This document shows positions 28,190-40,742 of a stretch of 64,000 bases of DNA, in pieces; the first letter of the stretch is position 1; the number at the start of each line of letters is the position of its first letter. Source of the DNA: Macrostomum lignano (taxonomy: Eukaryota); assembly GCA_002269645.1 (NCBI GenBank), contig NIVC01003764.1, positions 14,001 through 78,000 of the forward strand, in the 5' to 3' direction. The notes beneath the pieces are model-generated. The model was not told the origin of the DNA. It did not search any database and worked only from the letters and a program-made list of their open reading frames with translations. A program made the position numbers and the translations under genes.

Positions 28190-28266
28190 TAACATACGTA
28201 TATATACGCAATAGTAGGCCCTACTCATAGACCGAACTATATAATATTAATAGCTAACTAGCCACA

Positions 28267-31200
28267 ATGAGCCGTGTACGCCAGAACTTCCATGAGGACT
28301 GCGAGGCCGCTATTAACAAGCAGATCAACATGGAGCTGTATGCCTCGTACACCTACCAGGCGATGCACTTCCATTTCTTGCGCGAAGATGTTGCCTTGAA
28401 GAGTATCGCCGGATTCTTCGGCAAGAGCTCCGAGGAGGAGCGAGAGCATGCCGAGAAGCTGATGAAGTACCAGAACATGCGCGGCGGCACCATTGTCTTG
28501 CAAGATGTACAGAAGCCCGCCAAGCAGACCTGGGGCTCCATGCTAGAAGCTATTCAGGATGCTCTGGAGCTTGAGAAAGTTGTCAATCAGGTGAGCTTCA
28601 GTGTATAGCAGGCCTTTTTAAGCCTTTTAAATAAAATTAGGCTCTATCATCAGGCCTAACTGCCTAGGCCTAACACTACTAGGCCTACAGCAACAGGAAT
28701 TTTTAATTAACCTATAACTATAAGATAAGTATAATTTGCTTTGTAGAATGTATACTTTAATATTATTTATAACAAACAAAATAACATAATGTAGAATATA
28801 GGGACCAATTCACTTTTTAATTAAACAGTTTCATTTTATTTAAGATTTATTCTTTATATATATATTTGTTAAATTAAATCTAAATGTAATTCACATAAAA
28901 AGAAAAGGGTAAGGCTTAGCCTAATGCAATGAAATTGAAATAAACTATGCTAGGGGTGTTTCCTGTTCACTGAGAATCTTACTAAATGCCACCAAAAGCT
29001 GTCCCAGGGCTCTTATTTATTCTTTAGCTTCACTCTTTGCCACCAAAGTTGTTGCAGGCCTGTTAGTTCTGTGTTTCTACTTAATGTACTTTTTGCATAA
29101 ATGTACTACTAATATTGGTAGCGTCTACTTATCTATTTATATAGGTAGCGTCTACTTATCTAATTATATTGGTAGCATCTACTTATCTATTTATATAGGT
29201 AGCGTCTACTTATCTAATTATATTGGTAGCATCTACTTATCTATTTATATAGGTAGCGTCTACTTATCTAATTATATTGGTAGCATCTACTTATCTATTT
29301 ATATAGGTAGCGTCTACTTATCTAATTATATTGGTAGCATCTACTTATCTATTTATATAGGTAGCGTCTACTTATCTAATTATATTGGTAGCATCTACTT
29401 ATCTAATGGTAGGCCTAGCGGTTGTACATGTACTGTAACTTTTGCCTGAGTGGTCTATTGGCACTGTCTACTCTTATATCTCTCAGTCCTGGCATTCCCA
29501 GGATCAAAGGGTCATAGCTTTATATTTTCCCTGCCCTGAAGCGACTTTCCCTCACTATGAAGTGGTTCTTCTGCCCTGAGGCGAATTCACTATTTTCTAA
29601 TGTTTTCCTACCCTGAGGCAATTCTCGCTTTTTAGCGGATCTTAATACTACTCCCGATTTGGGGCTTCTACTCTAAGAAATGATTAAATCTTTAAGTGAT
29701 TTCAATATTTAGAACAAACTAAGTTTGTTTATTGAAAACCAAGAGGCAGCAAACGGTCACGATTTATTTTTTCTAGCCCAATCTGGGCTCTTATTTATAT
29801 TATGAATTGGCATAATTTAAACAAAATAATAATTCCCAAAAATATTTTTACAGATCACAACGTTTAAACAAAATATTTAGTTTTTTGTGCAAATTTGAAC
29901 AAAAGCTTTTCTAAGAAATACAGTATTCGTGCATAAAAATAGTTATTACTTCAGTACTTCTTAGGCACTATATCAAAACCAAGGCCAAGGCCCAAGCAAG
30001 GCAAGGGAATACTAAATATATATAATAAGTTTTATTAAAAATCAAAATATATAGAAAATATTAGGCCCACTTATAAGACAATTTTGCCTAGGCCAAGGCC
30101 TATGTATGGCACAATTCCTTGGTTAAAACCAAAATAAATTTACTTCTTTAATAATTGTGATAATTCTTTTTTATATGCTTTTCAAATAACTGCACCTTAA
30201 TGGTCTATGCTTATATAGTTATTAATAATAATTTAGTAAGTAATCATTTTGCAATTTTACCAATTTTCTATGGCTATAAAATTTAATTTGTTATAAAAAT
30301 GCAATTTAAATTAGGCCCCCTAAGGCCTAGTCCAGGGGTCGGCAAACTGCGGCCCGCGGGCCAGATCCGGCCCGCGTCATCTTCAAGTCCGGCCCGCAGC
30401 ACTCTTACTATCTGACAATGTAAAAGTGGCCCGCGAACCAATTTTGTGTTGAAACATTCAACTTTTCAAGCAAAATTAGCTTTCACCTCGGCATTCCTAT
30501 CACAATACTGTGTCAATTTCAATTGTCGTGTTGTTGGTGGCATTTGGTCTATCATATAAAATTGTCGGCTATCCTTTAGTAGAATCGTTCGTTAAATTAA
30601 TTTTTGTTTGAATTTGATTTCTTTCTATTTTTAGAGTCCAAAAATATGAAACAAGTGAACAATCTAACAGTTTACAATTAAATATACTGGCAGCTAAATT
30701 GTTTGTTATAGTCGGTTGCCACATCACGACACGAGGGTACTATTTTAACGTTGGGTAATAGGGGTAATAGTGTCACTGGGTAATTTTATCCAGGACACAT
30801 TTTTCCACAATTTTTGAATTTGTGCGTTGATGTCAGGAATTCTTAAAATAGTATAAGTTTTGCGCGCACAAAGCATTAATATGTTTATGGTCAAAGTTGG
30901 TGACAGTGCGGAGCTGGGGGACTTTTAAAGGGAGATGCATTTGAGATTGAAAAATTAGCTACCGAGCTGCCATACTGGGATTCAAGTCAAGCCACTGCTT
31001 ACTTTGCTGATTTTGGACTATTACTCTCTGGATGGCTGGATCTGGATGACCAGTGGCCTCAAGTTGGATTGTGTCACTGTTTAACTTTCAATAGTACCCT
31101 CATGTCGTGATTTGGCAATTAACTATAACAAACAATTTAGCTGCCAGTACATGTTAAACTGTTGGATCGTTCACTTGTTTACATTTTTACTCTAAAATTA

Positions 31201-33516
31201 GAAATGAATTAAATTCAAGCGAAAAAATAATTTAACAAACGATTCTATAGGATACCAAATTGTCATTTATAGCCTCAATTTGTTGTGCATTTTTTTGGCC
31301 CACCACCTCAGCCAGTCGTCCAATCCGGCCTGCACTGAAAAAAGTTTGCCGACCCCTGGCCTAGTCTAATTGCAGCCTAGTTTAATCTAGTAGCCTTTTC
31401 TATAGGCCTATGGCTATAGTATTTTAAACCTTTAGTTTTATCATTACTATTATATAATATTATACTTTTTATTTCTAAAAATGGTTATCATTTTAGTTAT
31501 GTATATTTTCACTTTACTATAGTAGAAATTCTAGTATGATTTAAAATGTTATTCTTTTAGAAATTTTGAAAAATAGTTATTATGACATTTATATTAGATT
31601 GTTTTTAATTAAATTAGAATTCCTTTTATCCATTGCTTATTTATAGCTAGGCTTATATATTTAAGTTTTTTATAGTAAACTATTACTCAAGAGATATAGG
31701 CATTTTGGTCCTTTTGATAATTTAGTCTATGCCACCCCTGATCCTTCAGACAGTATCTTCCCTGATCCTTTAAGCACCACCCTCCTTGATCCTTCAGACA
31801 CCACCCTCCCTGATCCTTTAGACAGTATCTTCCCTGATCCTTTAAGCACCACCCTCCTTGATCCTTCAGACAGCGCCCTCCCTGATTATTCAGACACCAC
31901 CCCCCTGATCCTTTAGACAGTATCTTCCCTGATCCTTTAAGCACCACCCTCCTTGATCCTTCAGACAGCGCCCTCCCTGATTATTCAGACACCACCCCCC
32001 TGATCCTTTAGACAGTATCTTCCCTGATCCTTTAAGCACCACCCTCCTTGATCCTTCAGACAGCGCCCTCCCTGATTATTCAGACACCACCCCCCTGATC
32101 CTTTAGACAGTATCTTCCCTGATCCTTTAAGCACCACCCTCCTTGATCCTTCAGACAGCGCCCTCCCTGATTATTCAGACAGCACCCTTCCTGATCCTTC
32201 AGACAGCACCCCTGATCCTTCAGAGTCAGACAGCACCCTCCCTGATCCTTCAGGCAGCACCCTCCCTGATCCTTCAGACAGCACCCTCCCTGATCCTTCA
32301 GACAGCACCCTCCTTGATCCTTCAGACAGCGCCCTCCCTGATTCTTTAGACAGCACCCTCCCTGATCCTTCAGACAGCACCCCTGATCCTTCCGACAGCA
32401 CCCTCCCTGATCCTTCAGGCAGCACCCTCCTTGATCCTTCAGACGCCACCCTCCCTGATCCTTTAGACAGTATCTTCCCTGATCCTTCCGACAGCACCCT
32501 CCCTGATCCTTCAGACAGCACCCCTGATCCTTCCGACAGCACCCTCCCTGATCCTTCAGGCAGCACCCTCCTTGATCCTTCAGACGCCACCCTCCTTGAT
32601 CCTTCAGACAGCACCCTCCCTGATCCTTCCGACAGCACCCTCCCTGATCCTTCAGGCAGCACCCTCCTTGATCCTTCAGACGCCACCCTCCCTGATCCTT
32701 TAGACAGTATCTTCCCTGATCCTTCAAGCAGCACCCTCCTTGATCCTTCAGACGCCACCCTCCCTGATCCTTTAGACAGTATCTTCCCTGATCCTTCAAG
32801 CACCACCCTCCTTGATCCTTCAGACAGCACCCTCCCTGATCCTTCCGACAGCACCCTCCCTGATCCTTCAGGCAGCACCCTCCTTGATCCTTCAGACGCC
32901 ACCCTCCCTGATCCTTTAGACAGTATCTTCCCTGATCCTTCAAGCACCACCCTCCTTGATCCTTCAGACAGCACCCTCCCTGATCCTTCAGACAGCACCC
33001 TCCCTGATCCTTCAGACACCACCCTCCCTGATCCTTCAGACACCACCCTCCCTGATCCTTCAGACACCACCCTCCCTGATCCTTCAGACACCACCCTCCC
33101 TGATCCTTCAGACAACACCCTCCCTGATCCTTCAGACAACACCCTCCCTGATCCTTCAGACGGCACCCTCCCTGATCCTTCAGGCACCCCACCCTCCCTG
33201 ATCCTTCAGGCACCCCACCCTCCCTGATCCTTCAGACACCACCCTCCCTGATCTTTCAGACACCACCCTCCCTGATTCTTCAGACACTAAAACCTATTCA
33301 CCCACCTCCCCACCCCACCAGAGCTTGCTGGATCTGCAGAAACTCGCTGACAGTCGCGGTGACCCCCAGCTGTGCGATTTTATCGAAGGCGAATACCTGA
33401 AAGAGCAGGTGGAGTCCATCAAGGAGCTGGCTGACCACGCCACTAATTTGAAGCGAGTTGGCTCAGGTCTCGGCGAGTTCATGTACGACAAGGAAGCTTT
33501 CGGCGAATCTTCTTGA
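28267..33516 (+). CDS. FTH1: Ferritin, heavy-chain (ferroxidase) type, 172 aa, 2 exons
   Basis: Exon 1 is 28267-28590 (CAG|gtgagc) and exon 2 is 33322-33516 (ccaccag|AGC). [30 protein letters not shown]...[11 protein letters not shown]...[10 protein letters not shown]|SLLDL...[23 protein letters not shown]...GLGEFMYDK. Ferroxidase ligands corresponding to E27, Y34, E61/E62, H65, E107 and Q141 are present. Confidence 0.97.
29105..29406. repeat. 54-bp (2x27) minisatellite in ferritin intron
   Basis: TAATTATATTGG recurs at 29161 and 29215; two alternating 27-bp variants. Confidence 0.9.
30333..31358. mobile_element. Non-autonomous hAT (Charlie-like) DNA transposon / MITE, 1,026 bp
   Basis: Perfect 16-bp TIRs CAGGGGTCGGCAAACT...AGTTTGCCGACCCCTG, an exact 8-bp TSD GCCTAGTC (30325-30332 and 31359-31366), subterminal GGCCCGC motifs and no transposase ORF. 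Confidence 0.93.
31733..33287. repeat. 24-bp minisatellite (CCCTCCCTGATCCTTCAGACAGCA) in ferritin intron
   Basis: About 64 units with variant blocks; explains the LKDQGGCC and EGSGRVLS ORFs. Confidence 0.95.
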
Positions 33517-34651
33517 AAATTCTTGATTGGTGTGCATTGATATTGACTTCAGGAGAGACTTCAGGAGCAATTTAGTAGCTATAGAATTCACAGCTGTGTG
33601 CAAAAAATAATCTGTACGAAGTTCTGTTATAATCCCGTTTAATCTTGTCATTATTTATACAGTAGTTAAGTTGATATAAACCGTTATAAATTGTTGTTTA
33701 AGTAACCCGATATCATGGATCTTTTCAAGCAATTGATATGTTTAACTGTATTAGTTATTATATTACTTTGAATAATACTTTTCCGAGCTAAATAAATTGA
33801 ATAATTTCTGTAGGGCAAGCTTTCCGAATTCCAAAATTATAGTTCTGCAAAATATAAAATTTTCTAGTTTGTTTGTAGTCTCTTATTTTCTACGATAGTA
33901 TTGATAGTTGTTGGTGTTGTCTAATCTCTAATCTCCTCTTTCCTTTTCTTTTCTAATTCCTCTCCTCTTCTCTAATGACGAAAATGATAACTATTTAAAT
34001 TATATTAAAGTACGATATCATTCAGATTAAAGGACCATGACTTATTTATAGTCGTAGTCTATTTCTATAGCAACGCTGATGAAAAACTAATTTGGGCAAT
34101 CTATTTTAAAAAGTTAATAATTTTCGTTGCTTACTACTTACATGTAGAAGTAGACAGTTGAAGTGCTAGGATTTTAAAGGCAGTCAGCCATAATTTTGAA
34201 GCGTAGTACTGTTTAATGCATTACTGACAAATGACCCCCCAAGTTCTTTTTATATTAAAAGCTGTGAGGTAATACAATTTACCAATATGACAGTAGACTG
34301 CATGCTTTCTCACATAAGAATGATCTCTCTTAGTATCTCTTGATCATGAGGTCTGATATGCAATTTCCGGTTAATCAAGGCACAGTATACATACATATCT
34401 GCGTATTCCTGTGAATATTCAAAGGATTAATCTTATGTCGATGTATCAGCTTAAAGAGCTTGTTTAGAAATTATTTCTCGCGAATGAATATACTAATCCC
34501 TCTATATTACAGTGTGTTTCTTATCAAGCATTCTCATTGCATGTATGTATTACAACTGCATGTATGTACGTGTACATTCTCTGCAAGTTTAATGTAGTTG
34601 ACGAAGTCTCTCTGTACAATGTACTATAGTCTTTTGGTGCCGCGAGAGGGA

Positions 34652-35862
34652 AAGGAGATTGGCACCGAGAAGGAATAGAGATTGGCATCGAGAAGGAAGG
34701 GAATGGCGCCGAGAAGGAATGGAGATTGACGTCGAGAAGGAATGGAGATTGGCACCGAGAAGGAATGGAGATTGGCGCCGGGAAGGAATGTAGATTGGCG
34801 TCGAGAAGGAATGGAGATTGGCACCGAGAAGGAATGAATATTGCCGCCGAGAAGGAATGGAGATTGGCGCCGAGAAGGAATGTAGATTGGCGTCGAGAAG
34901 GAATGGAGATTGGCGCCGAGAAGGAATGGATATTGGCGCCGAGAAGGAATGGAGATTGGCGCCGAGAGGGAATGGAGATTGGCGCCGGGAAGGAATAGGA
35001 ATGGCGTCGAGAGGGAATGGAGATTGGCGCCGAGAAGGAATGGAGATTGGCGCCGAGAAGGAATGGAGATTGGCGCCGAGAGGGAATATAATGGAGATTG
35101 GCGCCGGGAAGGAATGGGAATGGCGTCGAGAGGGAATTGAGATTGGCACCGAGAAGGAATGGAGATTGGCGCCGAGATGGAATCGAGATTAGCATCGAGA
35201 AGGAATGGAGATTGGCGTCGGGAGGGAATGGATATTGGCGCTGAGAGGGAATGGAGATTGGCGCCGAGAAGGAATTGAGATTGGCGCCGAGAAGGAATGG
35301 AGATTGGCGCCGAGAGGAAATGGAGATTGGCGCCGAGAGGGAAAGGAGATTGGTGCCGAGATGGAATCGAGATTGGCGTCGAGAGGGAATGGAGATTGGC
35401 GCTGAGAGGGAATGGAGATTGGCGCCGAGAAGGAATGGAGATTGGCGCCGAGAAGGAATGGAGATTGGCGCCGAGAGGAAATGGAGATTGGCGCCGAGAA
35501 GGAATGGATATTGGCACTGAGAAGGAATAGAGATTGGCATCGAGAAGGAAGGGAATGGCGCCGAGAAGGAATTGAGATTGGCGCCGAGAGGAAATGTAGA
35601 TTGGCGCCGAGAAGGAATGGAGATTGGCACCGAGAAGGAATGGAGATTGGCGCTGAGAAGGAATTGAGATTGGCGCCGAGAAGGAATGGAGATTGGCGCC
35701 GAGAGGAAATGGAGATTGGCGCCGAGAGGGAAAGGAGATTGGTGCCGAGAAGGAATTGAGATTGGCGCCGAGAAGGAATGGAGATTGGCGCCGACAATGA
35801 ATGGAGATTGGCGCCGACAATGAATGGAGATTAGCGCCGACAATGAATGGAGATTAGCGCCG
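34652..35862. repeat. 23-bp minisatellite (GAGAAGGAATGGAGATTGGCGCC)
   Basis: About 52 units; explains the multi-frame SAPISIPSRRQ ORFs. Confidence 0.95.
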
Positions 35863-36404
35863 AGAAGACAGACAGGAGAGCAGTTCGGGCAGAATTTGAA
35901 TGACGGCTAGGCAGCCTTGAGAAGAATGCCATACACGGTTCAGGTGCCAGTTCCATACCTAGAGTCTGCGTGCTTCCTAATTTTGCCAAGATCGTTCAAC
36001 TTCAGCTATCGTGACTCTGACCCTGAATTCACCAGTCAGCTCATCTCACCACCCAGACCTTTTGCCCCTCAATCTTCTAAGGTTTTTTTATATTCTCAAA
36101 ATCGCAAAGCAGCAAGACGACCCAGAGAGGTTCAAGCAAAGACCAGGAAGAGGCTAAAGATTGCATTGTTGAGTTGCTTTTAGCTCACGGGCTGATGGAG
36201 CGCAGAGGAGACTGCAAGCTTCCGGTGAGGCCGTTCTTCCACTCTGGTAGCTATTATATAAAAATATTACGGGCCCGACCCGTTGCAGTGAGGAAGTCAG
36301 GGGGGACAAAAGTTGATTCCATGCAGGCTTCTTCCAGAAAATTAATTCTCTGCGTGCCACGGGATGGTAGAAGCCACGGCTTTTGGCTTTTGTATAGCAT
36401 TCCT

Positions 36405-37497
36405 CACCCAGAATCCCCAATCTTCCCCATCCAGAATCCTCAATTTTCCCCACCCAGAGGCCTCAATCTCCCCACACAGAATCGTCAATCTTCCCCATCC
36501 AGAATCCTCAATCTTCCCCATCCAGAATCCTCAATCTTCCCCATCCAGAATCCTCAATTTTCCCCACCCAGAGGCCTCAATCTCCCCACACAGAATCGTC
36601 AATCTTCCCCATCCAGAATCCTCAATCTTCCCCATCCAGAATCCTCAATCTTCCCCATCCAGAATCCTCAATCTTCTTCATCCAGAATCCTCAATCTTCT
36701 TCATCCAGAACCCTTAATCTTCCCCATCCAGAATACCCAATCTTCCCCATCCAGAACACCCAATCTTCCCCATCCAGAACACCCAATCTTACGCATCCAG
36801 AATACCCAATCTTCCCATCCAGAATACCCAATCTTCCCATCCAGAATACCCAATCTTCCCCATCCAGAATACCCAATCTTCCCCATCCAGAATCCTCAAT
36901 CTTCCCCATCCAGAATCCTCAATCTTCCCCATCCAGAATACCCAATCTTCCCCATCCAGAACACCCAATCTTACGCATCCAGAATCCCCAATCTTCCCAT
37001 CCAGAATACCCAATCTTCCCCATCCAGAATCCTCAATCTTCCCCATCCAGAATCCTCAATCTTCCCCATCCAGAATACCCAATCTTCCCCATCCAGAACA
37101 CCCAATCTTACGCATCCAGAATACCCAATCTTCCCATCCAGAATACCCAATCTTCCCCATCCAGAATCCTCAATCTTCCCCATCCAGAATCCTCAATCTT
37201 CCCCATCCAGAATCCTCAATCTTCCCCATCCAGAATCCTCAATCTTCCCCACCCAGAATACCCAATCTTCCCCACCCAGAACACCCAATCTTCCCCATCC
37301 AGAACACCCAATCTTCCCCATCCAGAACACCCAATCTTCCCCATCCAGAACACCCAATCTTCCCCATCCAGAACACCCAATCTTCCCATCCAGAATACCC
37401 AATCTTCCCATCCAGAATACCCAATCTTCCCCATCCAGAATACCCAATCTTCCCCATCCAGAATACCCAATCTTCCCCATCCAGAATCCTCCAATCT
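36405..37497. repeat. 23-bp minisatellite (CTTCCCCATCCAGAATCCTCAAT)
   Basis: About 47 units; explains ORF 36174..37499. Confidence 0.95.
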
Positions 37498-37558
37498 GAT
37501 AGCAAATGTAGCTATTTACTTGAGTCTGTACAAACACAGACATTTTTGTCCATAAATT

Positions 37559-37620
37559 TATATGCCAAGGACCACTAGGAACACTTCGTTATAGTCAAGT
37601 CTAGTAGTCCTTGGTATATG
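37559..37620. other. Isolated pre-miRNA-sized hairpin
   Basis: ATATGCCAAGGACCACTAG pairs with CTAGTAGTCCTTGGTATAT (1 mismatch, 1 G-U). It is followed by a 4-nt bulge, an ACTT/AAGT stem and a 10-nt loop. Confidence 0.35.
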
Positions 37621-38050
37621 CATAGCGATGGTGTCCAGTCGCACAATGCAGTGATCAAATATAGTATCTAGTATTTGTTTATGAGAGTATCGATCTCAGC
37701 ACTGAAGATTGCCTGTTTTCTAAAATATCTCTATGCTCAATGTCTGCAGGGAGTTCGGCTGCTGCTCGGGTATCCAAGTCACCTCCAGGTGTGACCGACC
37801 AATCGGCAAGGATAGCAAAATGAGATGATAGATTTCTATTGTCTCTTTTTAATGCAAATTAACCGCTCTGTTTTGTCTGATAATAGTGTCTGCTGGTCAG
37901 CTGGTAGTCTTTTTGGTGTCTTAAATTTACATTGCTATTCCTGTATCATTATAGCAATGCATGTACGAGCTAAAATTATTGATATCGCAGTTGCATAAAC
38001 CATTGAACGAAATCATGAGACAGGTGAAACCTGGGATAGAAAAAATCCGC

Positions 38051-38147
38051 GCGGCCCGTAAGCCTCTCTAATCCAGCTCTCGGGTCCTTTGAAACTTCAC
38101 AATGGCAATGGGGCCCGCTTAGGTTTGTCACACTTCTCAGCTCTCTT
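38051..38147 (+). mobile_element. hAT-like subterminal fragment (same family as 47880-47984 and 63655-63770)
   Basis: GCGGCCCGTAAGCCTCTCTAATCC...GGTCCTTTGAAACTTCAC...GGCCCGCT...CTTCTCAGCTCTCT. Confidence 0.6.
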
Positions 38148-39303
38148 CTATCCTCTCTTCTCCTCACTCATCTCTTCTCTCCTCTCCTCTTCTTTCTTCT
38201 CCTCTCCTCTCCTCTCCTCTCCTCTCCTCTCCTCTCCTCTCCTCTCCTCTCCTCTCCTCTCCTCTCCTCTCCTCTCCTCTCTTCTCCTCTCTTCTCTCCT
38301 CTCCTCTCCTCTTCTTTCTTCTCCTCTCCTCTCCTCTCTTCTCTCCTCTCCTCTCTTCTCTTCTCTCCTCTCCTCTCCTCTCCTCTCCTCTCCTCTCCTC
38401 TCCTCTCCTCTCCTCTCCTCTCCTCTCCTCTCTTCTCCTCTCTTCTCTCCTCTCCTCTCCTCTCTCTTGTCCTCTCTCCTCTCCTCTCCTCTCCTCTCTT
38501 CTCTCCTCTCCTCTCCTCTCCTCTCCTCTCCTCTCCTCCTCTCTCCTCTCCTCTCCTCTCTCCTCTCCTCTCTTCTCTTCTCTTCTCTCCTCTCCTCTCC
38601 TCCTCTCCTCTCCTCTCCTTCCCTCTCTTCTCCTCTCTTCTCTCCTCTCCTCTCCTCTCTCTTGTCCTCTCCTCTCCTCTCCTCTCTCCTCTCCTCTCCT
38701 CTCCTCTCCTCTCCTCTCTTCTCCTCTCTTCTCTTCTCTCCTCTCCTCTCTTCTCTCCTCTCCTCTCCTCTCTCCTCTCCTCTCTTCTCTTCTCTCCTCT
38801 CCTCTCCTCTCCTCTCCTCTCCTCTCCTCTCCTCTCCTCTCCTCTCCTCTCCTCTCCTCTCCTCTCTTCTCTCTCTTCCTCTCTCCTCTCCTCTCTCTTG
38901 TCCTCTCTCCTCTCCTCTCCTCTCTCCTCTCCTCTCCTCTCCTCTCCTCTCTCCTCTCCTCTCCTCTCTCCTCTCCTCTCTTCTCTTCTCTTCTCTCCTC
39001 TCCTCTCCTCCTCTCCTCTCCTCTCCTTCCCTCTCTTCTCCTCTCTTCTCTCCTCTCCTCTCCTCTCTCTTGTCCTCTCCTCTCCTCTCCTCTCTCCTCT
39101 CCTCTCCTCTCCTCTCCTCTCTTCTCCTCTCTTCTCTTCTCTCCTCTCCTCTCTTCTCTCCTCTCCTCTCTTCTCTCCTCTCCTCTCCTCTCCTCTCCTC
39201 TCTCCCCTCCTCTCCTCTCTCCTCTCCTCTCCTCTCCTCTCCTCTCCTCTCCTCTCTCCTCTCTCTCTCTCTCTCTCTCCTCTCCTTTCTTCTCTCCTCT
39301 CCT

Positions 39304-39342
<39 letters not shown>

Positions 39343-39480
39343 CTCTCTCCTCTCTCTCTCTCTCTCTCTCCTCTCTCTCTTCTCCACTCTCTCCTCTCCT
39401 CTCTCCTACCTCTCTCTCTCTCTCCTCCCTCTCTCTCTCCTACCCTCTCTCTCTCTCCTCTCCTCTCTCCTCTCGTCTCT
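38140..39480. repeat. (CTCTC/CCTCT)n polypyrimidine tract, about 1.3 kb
   Basis: Almost pure C/T on the + strand; explains the SSPLL and ERRGE ORFs. Confidence 0.98.
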
Positions 39481-40219
39481 GTTCTCTTTTCTTACTCGTA
39501 AAAGGGAAAGATGAGAAGGGCGGATCGAACCCTGGGCCCCAGGTTCAATTCCGCGCGCGTCTGTCTGTATTAATGACCCTTTTCAAATCTGTTTGCTTCT
39601 TCAATCAGTAAAAGATTAGAAAAAAACAATCAGATTCTGTGAGAGAATCAAAGGGGAAGGAACTTACGGAAAAGAGCATTGTTGTGCAGACAAAGGTGGA
39701 TTCACAGGCCCGAGAAATTCTTGATTGAGCTAAGTGGCCCTGTAAGTCTTGCTTTTTTGACACTTCTTCTGCAGCACTAGAGATTCAAACCCTTATTAAG
39801 CTGACACCATCAATTCAACAGCTGCATGTGCCGTGGCTTGCAAAGATTTCTATCAGGAAGTTTTTCTGAAGCCGAAAGGAAACTTTTAGAGGATTTTTTC
39901 ACTCTTTTTGTCACCCCGCGCTGCAGTCCTCGCGGTACAGAGGGAGAGAGAAGGGGCCAGAATGCCTTCAGGGGCCCACGAGCCTCGCTCTTGAGCCTGT
40001 CTGACAGCTCAGATCCAAGAGCAAGTGTTTGCTTTTGGTTTGAGTTGATTTTTTTTAACAATCAAGATTAAGAGGAACTGCGGAGCCAGGCCATGTGCCC
40101 TAAAGGAATTTTCTTTCTTGCGACAAGATACCAACTTTTTAATTTATCATTTCGCTTTATCAACTATAGGGGTCAGTGCAGGTAGTTAACCTTGGACAAC
40201 CGGAGTAGAATTACACTAG

Positions 40220-40742
40220 GCACCAGCACCAAGGGGCGCCAGCACCAAGGGGCGCCAGCACCAAGGGGCGCCAGCACCAAGGGGCGCCAGCACCAAGGGG
40301 CGCCAGCACCAAGGGGCGCCAGCACCAAGGGGCGCCAGCACCAAGGGGCGCCAGCACCAAGGGGCGCCAGCACCAAGGGGCGCCAGCACCAAGGGGCGCC
40401 AGCACCAAGGGGCGCCAGCACCAAGGGGCGCCAGCACCAAGGGGCGCCAGCACCAAGGGGCGCCAGCACCAAGGGGCGCCAGCACCAAGGGGCGCCAGCA
40501 CCAAGGGGCGCCAGCACCAAGGGGCGCCAGCACCAAGGGGCGCCAGCACCAAGGGGCGCCAGCACCAAGGGGCGCCAGCACCAAGGGGCGCCAGCACCAA
40601 GGGGCGCCAGCACCAAGGGGCGCCAGCACCAAGGGGCGCCAGCACCAAGGGGCGCCAGCACCAAGGGGCGCCAGCACCAAGGGGCGCCAGCACCAAGGGG
40701 CGCCAGCACCAAGGGGCGCCAGCACCAAGGCGCCAGCACCAA
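40220..40742. repeat. 16-bp minisatellite (CACCAAGGGGCGCCAG), essentially homogeneous
   Basis: About 32 identical copies. Confidence 0.97.

Noticed and set aside
32080-33213. 377-aa and 338-aa repeat-protein ORFs
   Set aside because: Multi-frame translations of the 24-bp array in the ferritin intron.
34524-37499. About 440-aa Pro/Ser-rich ORFs (extensin- or mucin-like)
   Set aside because: 23-bp arrays open in several frames on both strands, with no unique coding flanks or splice sites.
38089-39611. Leu/Ser-rich and Glu/Arg-rich long ORFs
   Set aside because: Translations of the (CTCTC)n tract.
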